In this document: piece after piece, positions 53,362 to 64,000 of the stretch
How the letters are laid out: each line of letters opens with the position of its first letter
Position numbering within the stretch: position 1 is the stretch's first letter
Assembly (NCBI GenBank): GCA_951406725.2
Contig: OX597820.1
Span: 64,728,001-64,792,000 of the forward strand
Reading direction: 5' to 3'
Length of the DNA: 64,000 bases
Origin: Octopus vulgaris
Taxonomy: Eukaryota
Translations under genes and position numbers: made by a program
Notes under the pieces: model-generated
The model's database searches: none
What the model was told of the DNA's origin: nothing
The model's input: the letters and a program-made list of their open reading frames with translations, nothing else

Positions 53362-54351
53362 GCATGCATACATACACATATACATACATACATACATACT
53401 TATATAGTATATGTGTGCATATACGACGAGTTTGCAATTTCCATCTATCAAATCCTTTCACAGGGCTTTCGTCATCCCTTGGGCCTTGCAGAAGACACTT
53501 ACTGAGGGTGTCGCCTACTAAAATTGAAACCCGAACCATGTGGTTTGGAAGCAAATTTCTCCCCACACTGTCATGCTTGGCCCCATTCGTAGATAGTAGT
53601 CCTTGGAAACCATTTCAGATGTGCAACTAACGCTCATTACCTATTGATATGTTCTCAAAGGAGCGAGCTGGCAGAGTCGTTAGCACGCCAGGCGAAATTC
53701 TTATCGGTATTTCGTCTGTTGTTACGTTCTGTTCTTCCAGTTTCCGTCTACCAAATCCAGTCACAAGGCTGTGATCGGTCTGCGACTATAGTAGAAGACA
53801 CTTGCCCAAGGTACTACGCAAAGGGATGAACTTGGAACCATGTGGTCGGGAAGCAAGCTACTTACAATACAGCCACACCTGCTCCTATATGTATAGAGAG
53901 AGAGATAAAGAGAGAGAGAAGAGAGACAGAGATACAGAGACAGAATGAAAGAGATCTATATATTTGAGTAACTTCATCGTGGCTTGATCCGCAAGAAATA
54001 ACAGCCAAATCTCTATCAAATTACACTAAAAACTAAGTCAAGAACGTAAGTCAACACTGGGAAATTGGATAATATGGTTTCAAAGTTTGGAACAAGCCCG
54101 GAAAGTCTGTATGTTCGGGTAAGTCGATTACGTCGACGCCAGTGCTCAACCGGTATTTATTTTATTGACCCCAAAAGGATGAAAGACAAAGTCGACTTCG
54201 ATGGCATTTGAATTCAGAATGTAAAGACATACGAAATGCCACACAGCATTTTGCCTGGCGTGGTAAAGATTCTGCGAGCTCGCCGCCTTAATAGAGAATA
54301 ATATTGTCTTAAATTATTTCTTGCGCGTACACGCACTAACACACACACACA

Positions 54352-54798
54352 CTATTTCTTTATTACCCACAAGGGGCGACGAAGAGGGGACATTACAAAA
54401 CATTGGGGACATAGAACATTATAATTAAAATTATGAGCAATGAATTATTAAATGAGAAAATGATAATATGAAAAGCGATACTAACGGCCCCATCCGCCAG
54501 CATCACTTACCTGTCCTTTATCACCCATTTCCCATTACAATTCCTAGCTTTTCTATCACACACTTCATTTTCCTTTCATACATCTCTATCATTTCATCCT
54601 GCATTGGCACTGTCATCCATTTTATACGCTCTTCCTCACACTTCCTCGCCAATATCTCCATAAGTTCATATTCCAAAACCGCGTAACTACCATCTTCATG
54701 TTCGCACCATAAGCCTTTATGTATCATCCTTTTCGAGTTCTGAGGGTCCTTTTTCCTCGCAACACATAAAAAATAGGTCCTGGGCCTTTGTTGGTTCT

Positions 54799-54800
<2 letters not shown>
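54352..54800 (-). mobile_element. Retroposed fragment: purine-rich ORF end + 3'UTR ending in the SINE-A tail
   Basis: ~92 open codons to the stop at 54521, then ...tgtcccctcttcgtcgccccttgtgggtaataaagaaatag. Confidence 0.45.
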
Positions 54801-54835
<35 letters not shown>

Positions 54836-55214
54836 CAGATAAAATGTTTAAGACAATGCATTAATAGCTAGTAAACTAGTACCGCGGGCGAAGCTGCAGG
54901 GGTTTATTCACGTGGTCTGTATTCACAGCAAATCTGAATTTATTAGACATGATATACAACTTCAATATATACATAGTTATTCAGAACCACTTTGTATTAG
55001 TGCTTTATAGTTATTAATGTCTGGCCTTTAAACCTTGTACTATTATGTAAATTTCATCATGCTTATCATACCGTCTTATTTACTAATTGTTTAATTTCTG
55101 TTGGAGGCAGACTACATGGTTTTCAGAATCTAGTTGTATGAATAAGATAGTAGAAGCCGTCTATTTAAATTTTCAGAAGTATTTATGTTTATGTTCATGT
55201 ATGTATGAGTCTGT

Positions 55215-55257
<43 letters not shown>

Positions 55258-57442
55258 TCTTTTTGTGTGTAATTACGTGTATATTCTCAATTGATTAGCG
55301 TTGTATATGACCAAGGAATATAACTCGAAAATAGTCGATTCAGGCAATGCTTGATATAAGTTAGATTTGTTTTATATTTATATGGCTTAGTCAAAAGTGG
55401 AAGAGGGGTATCCAAGATGTTTGAGAAGTGTCTCAAATACTACTGGGACAGCAAGGAATTATAACTCGTGGGTTTTCCTCGGACTGAACACCCGCAACAA
55501 ACTGCACTGAATACATGCAACCAAAATGGGCTCGGCTCAACTTACCCGACGACAAAATTGTGGTATTAAATGGTCGTATATTATGTTCACCACCTAGCAA
55601 AGAACATGTACGTTTAACCGTACGTCAGCAAACCTGCGCATTGATTCCGTCTACTGAATTACTGAGAAAATTTGAATGGAATTGTGTTTATGGTATATTT
55701 GGCCAAAGGGTCGATTACCGAATCATGTTATTTTGAAGCTATTTACTTAATCACACTGTTCCATCTTAATCGTTCATTCCGCAAGCGGTTGTATAAAACT
55801 GAATAAAGCTTTGTCAGCCTCCAGCGAACACTTGTTGAAGATAACGAGTTTTCTCTACCGACTGGCAACTCTCACGAGTCATTACATAAACATAAAATTG
55901 TCACTGGTAAATGCCAACCTGTGATACGAAGCAGTAGCTTACTTTTAAAAGCGGTAAGCGATGGAATCGGAGGAGCACTCGCTATAATCAATGTGAACCG
56001 ATATTTTAGTTGCATTGTTGCACAAAATGAGCCAAAAAGCCTTGTCAGACGGCATCAATTTTGCTATACAGTATTTCGAAGCTAAATTAAATTAAATACC
56101 ACTCATGTACTTGATTTTGTTAAATCGGTTGCTTTAAAGTTAGAAATCAGTATTTAGTGTCAATGATCAATGTTCAAAGATAAAACCTAACCCCACTCGA
56201 ATTTATTTCCTTCTCATCCATGATTATAGGCAATACTATGTTATTGAGCATTGTGCTTCCCATACATGTGATCTTGGATAGGAACTCTATTTCGTGGTTC
56301 CATGGCTGAGCATAATTTTATAAAGCTTCAGCACAACTCAAATAGTGAGACAATTAAGCAGACGGAAATTTATGGATGTCCGTTGAGTGATTCTACTTGG
56401 CACTAGGTGTTTGTGCGGTCGACTTAATACAAAGCGGTTTTATAATATATGGCCAATACAACCCTTTCAAATCTAGGTCACCGTGCCTAACTTTACAATC
56501 CACCTGGTCTCCTGAGGAAAAAAAGTAAATAGTTGCATAAACAGGCAAACTAATGGACAAATTCGGCTGCGTCATCTTTTTCTACGTGTTTTTTTTATTA
56601 CCTTTTTACCCAGAATCCCGCAGAGATAACGTTTAACCATCATATACATAACGGGAATACAGCGTGACAGGGTTAAGTCATCCGCTTTCAGTTTAGTGGA
56701 ACCATGAATGTTGCAAGTATTTGAACGAAGCCTCCTGTCTGAAGATATTTACATACGACATCCCCTATCGCAGTCTCCCACCAGCCTTGGAGACTCTGCA
56801 AATTATCATGAGTGATGCCCTTTCTGTTTTGATAAAACCATTTAAACAAAATCCAAATAATTCTAGACTTGTACTAGTTTCATTTAATTAACTATACTTT
56901 TCTTACACAAATGAATTGCAATGTAGAAATGTTACAAATCAATTTGCATTAAAAAGAAAACACAGCTATTAAACAAACATACCGAGAGAGAATAAAGGCA
57001 ATGTGAAGAGATTGCGTTTCAGTATTTTCAAAGTGTAAACTATTTTGAACATCTGAATGAAAAAAAACACTCCTTTAAGTGGCTACTTAGAAAAGCCAAA
57101 CAAGAATGTTTTTAATGAAATTCCAACTTAATCTATATCTTTAGTATTTACGTTGTTAGATTTGCAAACAAATTTCGGCTACCGCTATGTAATCACAGAC
57201 AGAGCTCGAGTTTATAAAAGATTACTGAATCATTTACTACGTCTATATAAATATGTGTAACCGACCGTTAATTAGTACTTTAGATATATACACTCACTAA
57301 CACACCCATACACTTATCTTTCTATATAATTTTCACTTTATTCCTCCTTTACTTTCTTTCTTTCCTCTTTTCCTGTCTACTTATAGCTAGCTAGTCAGAT
57401 GTCTGCCTATCTATCTTTCCATTTCTCTCTACATATATACTT

Positions 57443-57479
<37 letters not shown>

Positions 57480-58037
57480 CACACATACATATATATTCTT
57501 ATGCATGTATGTATGTCCCCTTACGCGAGATAAATATTATCTTTACAAGGAATTGAATATTTATAATCTATATTAGATATTAGAAAATTCACGTCTATAT
57601 AATATACATATAATAACTCCAGGACAAAGAAGAGCAAACATTCTAAATGCTAGCGATATTAATCCTATCTTTGGTACTATAGTGTATCCATAATTACGAC
57701 AATCGCCTTGGAGCTGTCTAGTTAGCTAACCTGACCCCATCCAGGTAGGCACACATGTGAGATTACAACAAACTGCTTGCATTAAAGACGATACAGGCAA
57801 TATAATTTTGCTGCAGAGTGATATATTGGGATGTTTTATTGCGTAAAAAACGTCAACAACCTAACTGGATTTTCTTTTTTCTTTATCCGAAACTTTCTAA
57901 GTAGATATCCGTGAACTGAGTTCAACAGGGAAAGTTGACATACAGTATTCAATTCATTGCGTTCTGTATAGAAATACACCGGCAGAGGAGGTTATTCACG
58001 GTTGTTTCTCCTCTTGGGTAAAGAAATAACATGAAGG

Positions 58038-58700
58038 ATTTCATTATTAGGCATAAATCCCGAACACAGAGGCGACTCCACAAGGACAGACAAGGCCACA
58101 GTGGGGACAAACACATAAAACGAATGTAAATGAGATGAAATTATATAAAAATGAAAGGATGAAAATGGTCGCATGGGCCCCACTCCCATGCGGTACCATT
58201 TGAACCGTTATATACATTATCTATAATTGTTCTCCGATTTTTTTCCCTTTTTCACCATTATTTTAAACATAACATAAACCACTTTACTATTTCTGTTTTT
58301 TTCTCTTCAATTTAACATACTTATTTTCTTTTTAATTGTACTTCATCAATGGTTCAATGTCTATTTTATCCACTACTGGTGGCAACTCTTTGAATTCCAC
58401 CCACACACTCGGTGGGTCAACACTGTCTCCGCACATCTTCAATTCCCTGTAGTTCTCCTTTTCAATCACTATTGCCTTCATATCCTCTGCATATATATGC
58501 GATGGCACCCGCACTCTTACTATTGAATTAAACTTAATTATCTTCTTCTCTGTTTCTACATTCTTTGGGTACTACACATAATACCATACTCCAATTCCTC
58601 CTCGTATTTTCTTTCCTTTATTTTCAACTCTTTGTTCTCACTTTTTTTCCTCCACTCTAAAAAGTCTCTCCATAAAGAAATAACAAGAAGACACTACAAA
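58038..58700 (-). mobile_element. Retroposed short decayed ORF + 3'UTR with SINE-A-like tail
   Basis: ~115-codon purine-rich frame (one stop, one frameshift) ending at 58332; 3' region ttgtctgtccttgtggagtcgcctctgtgtt...taataatgaaat. Confidence 0.45.
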
Positions 58701-58769
58701 CCTACAGCTTTGTACTTTTATACAAGGTCGTGCAAGGGTAGACATACAATTATGAAAAAAAGAAAACAT

Positions 58770-59198
58770 ATCTTTTCGGTTTGAACGGCAGTTTTTAACA
58801 TAATTTCTAGGTAACTAGAAAATTTTAAACTTTGTAAACTGGTAGAATGTGTTTATAAGATATCTTTTTCTCTTGGCTTTATTGAGAAAATTCTATAGTT
58901 TTTAAGATATTTGTTGCTTTTTTTTTCTTCAATTTCTGCAATTTCAACCAATCAAATACGTCTATTGAGTTAAAAAGCATTCTGTGCCGTATGAATATGT
59001 CCCCCGTTTAAGAAACAGATTGGGTTTATTTACATTTCTGAAGATAAAAAGATACCCTCTCCCCACCCCTAACCCTAACCCTAACACACCCTAACCCTAA
59101 AAGAGACTGAAATGCAATAGATCGATTATAGGGTCATAATTATGGGTGACAATTTCATATGACACCGCTAGACAAACTGCCGTTCAAACCGAAAAGAT
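58770..59198. mobile_element. MITE with 25-bp TIRs and internal (CCCTAA)n
   Basis: atcttttcggtttgaacggcagttt ... aaactgccgttcaaaccgaaaagat; ccctaa repeats at ~59067-59100. Confidence 0.85.
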
Positions 59199-59912
59199 CC
59201 CAAAACAAGTACATGACTGATTTATTTTTATCAAAAATATTAATGGTTATGATAAAATTATTATTATAGTTATGATAAAAGTATTATTATGATTCATGAC
59301 ACTGAAAATACCAAAAATGAAGCTAATTGAATGTGCTAATAATTTTCAAGAATTAAGTATTATGACATCGATATGATACTGTACATCTATTTTGCACCTC
59401 CTATATACACACATACATACATAGTACATTTATTTGTATATACGTGTGTGATGTGTGTGTGTGTGCATGTCTCTTTTACTCTCTTTTATTTGTGTCAGTC
59501 ATTTGACTGCGGCCATGCTGGAGCACCGCCTTTTAGTCGAGGAAATCGACCCCAGGACTTATTCTTGAGAAGTTAAATGAAGATCCAAAAACACATACAA
59601 ATAACAGGAAGATACCATTTCAGACATGCATTTCTATAGACACTATCCTGTAAATGTGAGTGAGGTGGTCGTTCCAGATAAAAAAAAGAAAAAAAAAACT
59701 CAAGTAATAAACCATCATACTTACTAAGTGGTGATGTGTGGTGGAAGAAAAAAATATCATGCTGCTTACAGTTGATGCTACAAAATAGCATGAATATTTA
59801 TGGGCACCTATTTAAATAATGAAATACCCCTTTATGTATGTGCGTGTGTACACACACACACACACACCCATATATATATATCATTCCTGTAAGCTTGGAT
59901 TAATATTCCCTC

Positions 59913-60096
<184 letters not shown>

Positions 60097-60129
60097 CACA
60101 CATATATACATGTATATAGCCTTCTTAAA

Positions 60130-60327
60130 ATTCTTTTCAGTCATTCGACTGTGGCCATGCCTTTAGTCGAACAAATCGATCCCAGGATTTATTCTTTGTA
60201 AGTCTATTACTTATCCAGTCGGTCTCTTTTACGGAACCGGTAATGTACAGGAACGTAAGCACACAGACATCGGTTGTCAAGCGATGGTGGGGGGACAAAC
60301 ATAGACACACAAAACACACACACACAA

Positions 60328-60377
<50 letters not shown>

Positions 60378-60538
60378 TGGGATTCTTTCAGTTTCTGTTT
60401 ACCAAATCCACTCACATGGCTTTGGTTAGCCCGTGGCTATAGTAGAAGATACTTGCCCAAGATGCCACGCAGTGGGAATGAGGCCAGAACCATGTCGTTG
60501 GTAAGCAAGCTACTTACCCCACAGCCACTCCTACGTCT
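60130..60538 (-). mobile_element. SINE family B copy
   Basis: Reverse complement colinear with 2525-2926. Confidence 0.85.
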
Positions 60539-61325
60539 ATATGTATTTATTTTGAAAAGGTAATCAAAAGAGGAAGTGCAGTACATATGAACTTTGTTAA
60601 AATTTCTATACTTTGTCCGTAAGATAAGGAAGAGTCTCAAAATACACACGTAACCAGTATTGAAGTACGTAACCGTCCATTTTAACTGCCGAAAGTTACT
60701 GAAAATCAATAATGCCTTCAGATACTGCCAAGAAATAAGGTACTTTTTTAATGTTTTTTTGGGGACTTGTTGTAAATCCAGATGGGGTGTGATCACTGAT
60801 GAACGTATCTTGACAGAACATTGACGACACAAATGAATGAACAATAGGGTTCATCACAACAAAATATCGAATTATTTTCAGGCCGAGGACCAATTTCGCT
60901 TGCTTGCTTCAGAGTGGTACATTCCGCTAAAGTCACGCAACCGTCGAGAATGAATTATAGATATTATCACCGTTATTGGCTTTGTGCCATTCGAATAAAC
61001 TACATTCTGTCTTTCATCTTCCTGGTATCGATGAAATTCATACCGCTCAAGTACTTAACGTGATTATACATCAGACCTAATCATTTTTCCGTTTGTCCAT
61101 ATAGGAAAGCATTAACATTTACAGTAATAAAGATGGTGACGTTTGGAATGTCAGTAGACCTGTATACTATGTTCAAATCTCGTCTGAATAACTTTATTTT
61201 GCACCATTCTGCGCTACATAAGAATAGTATTAATTATTACTGCTATTATTACTGACTATTCCGACTAGTAAGGATTCAGCTGCCCTTTCTAACATGCTTA
61301 GCGACATGGATAAACGACAGTGGAG

Positions 61326-61520
61326 TGGAGGCGCAATGGCCCAATGGTTAGGGCAGCGGACTCACGGTTGTAAGAACGCAGTTTCGATTCCCAGACCGGG
61401 CATTATGAATGTTTATTGAGCAAAAACACCTAAGCTCCACAAGGCTCTGGCGGTGGGGGGAACCCCAGCTGTACTCTATTACCACAACTTTCTCTCACTC
61501 TTTCTTCCTACTTCTGTCAC
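61326..61520 (+). mobile_element. SINE family D, 5' part
   Basis: gtggaggcgcaatggcccaatggttagggcagcggactc head and body match 43230-43529. Confidence 0.8.
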
Positions 61521-62942
61521 AAAGCAGAGGAACCATGGTCTAACCAACTATGGTGTGGTAAAACTTTCAGACCCTAGTCTAGATTGCGAATCCTCTGTAT
61601 CCCAGGATGGTTCAGCTCTCCACCCGTTAAAAGCCACCGTTTACGGAATGAGGATAACAACGTAGCTTTCGCGCCCGTGCAACCGACCGCTAGTCTATCG
61701 TGTGTGGTGGGTGTATATTCAAGTTGTCACACGCATTCTTAGTAGCTTTGAGTAGGTTCGGATTTGTGATTATTCTTTGTGGCTAATGGTGAGAGTCCTG
61801 ATTGGAAGAAGACGACAGTGGATGCGGTTTTGTATTATCTCGTATTATCAGTTAAATACTGAAAGCGGAGAATTGACAGGATCTTTAGCATGCTGGGAAA
61901 GATGATTAGCAACATTTCCTCCCTCAAACTCCGGCCAGGTTGACTTTGCCTTTGACCCTTTCGGATTCGATAAAATAAGTACAAGCCTAGTACTGGGATC
62001 AATGTAATTGACTTAACTCCTTCCTTAAAATTATTGGACTTTTGCCAAAATCTGAGAACAATACTAAGGTCGATGAAATGGAATATACAGACCAAGTGTA
62101 GCGTTAGATTTGATGTGATTCTGCTTTTTGATTCTTAAATTTGTGATTCAGAGTCAATATTAGAAATTAATAATACTTTTTTTTTAAAATCCAAACATTA
62201 GCAAACTCCTATAATATAAATAGGGTCCACTATTTGATTGGTACTTTATTTTGTCAAAGAAACAAATATGAACTCGATAAATTGAACTGAGAAAGCAAGC
62301 AGTTATAACAAAATTCTTTACTGTAATGGCTTTGAAATCCACAAATCTGAAATGGGCCGAATTGTTATTGCCTTGCACATACTGATTTGTTTTATTTAGT
62401 TACGGTTGATTACGTTCTCAATGGCCCTGGAAAATATATGCTTTTCATTCTTCCAAGATCAGAAAATAAAGTACCAGACGAGTACGAGCCTTGTAATCGA
62501 CTTGTCCTCTCTGCTTGTACCAAACTTAGAAAGAAATTGTATTACTAAAATGATGGCAAAATCGTTTCAACATTAGAAAAATTCTTAACATTCTATTTTT
62601 GTGGTGTAGTTGGGCTCTATACGCTCTGATTTCAAATGCTACAGCGATCATCCTGGTCATCCATTTTGTGCTCGATTAAAATTAGTACCCGTCAAGTACT
62701 GAGCTGCATATGATCGACTGAAACATTTCTCCCACAAGTGCTGAGTCCTGCCAAAATTTGGAAATGTTATTATTATGGGCTGGCAGAATCGGGAAAATTA
62801 CGTCATTTCGTCCGTCTTTACGTTCTGAGTTCAAATTCCACTGAGGTCGATTTTCCTTTCATCATTTAGGAATCGATAAAATAAATACCAGTTGAATACA
62901 CCCTCTCCCAACATTTCAGGCCTTGTGCCTATAGTAGTAAGG

Positions 62943-63550
<608 letters not shown>

Positions 63551-64000
63551 TGTTATGACAATGTAGATGAATAAGTAGGAAATTTAGATTTCGGGAATCA
63601 ACATTTTTCTGCATTTTTGCGGCCCTTTACATTCTTCTTTCAAATACAATGAAACGGAATTTCTCTTTCGTTATTTCGGTGTCGATAACGTTAGGTACCA
63701 CTCCAGTACAACGGTCGATGGTAACCTCTAACTCTCTCCGCTCAAATTATTAGTCTCCCCGCAAAATCAGAAAATATTAGATATATCCTTGACAGTGTTA
63801 GTAGCCGCAGCAGCAGCAAACGTAGTAGTAGTAGTAGTAGCAGCAGCAGCAAGGAATTTATTTGTAGCGAACTCAGTACATTCATTTAACCTTGATTTAT
63901 CCTGCATCATTATTAAATAATAAAACATTTTATAGGCGGCATTGAAAACTGAGTATAAAAGTACTGGAATCAATAGATTAACGATCTTACTCTTTATTAT

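Noticed and set aside
60696-60893. MNPIVHSFVSSMF resembling a GPCR TM7 motif
   Set aside because: No upstream transmembrane segments in frame and the NPxxY tyrosine is absent; too short to call.

Overview
AT-rich, microsatellite-dense eukaryotic DNA with no intact protein-coding gene that I can support. It is probably intronic or intergenic. The repeat families suggest a coleoid cephalopod (Octopus-like), which is an inference from recalled SINE sequences. The window holds four tRNA-derived SINE families, decayed LINEs (RTE, CR1-like, an R4/Dong-like RLE element in a (TACA)n tract), Tc1 and mariner remnants, MITEs, a 16-bp minisatellite and many (TA)n/(CATA)n/(ATT)n tracts that create most of the ORF track. 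The standout is at 26129-27002: a near-perfect 405-bp-arm palindrome inside a (TA)n tract. Each arm is 1.15-1.33 copies of a circularly permuted, hairpin-rich 353-nt unit carrying an intact type I hammerhead ribozyme, consistent with a young retrozyme or Penelope-derived circular-RNA element. Several other short inserts carry variant hammerhead motifs, one with a compensatory G3-C8 core swap at 20134-20183. Two purine-rich short ORFs share the 3' tail of one SINE family, and two unassigned decayed coding-like blocks are also present.
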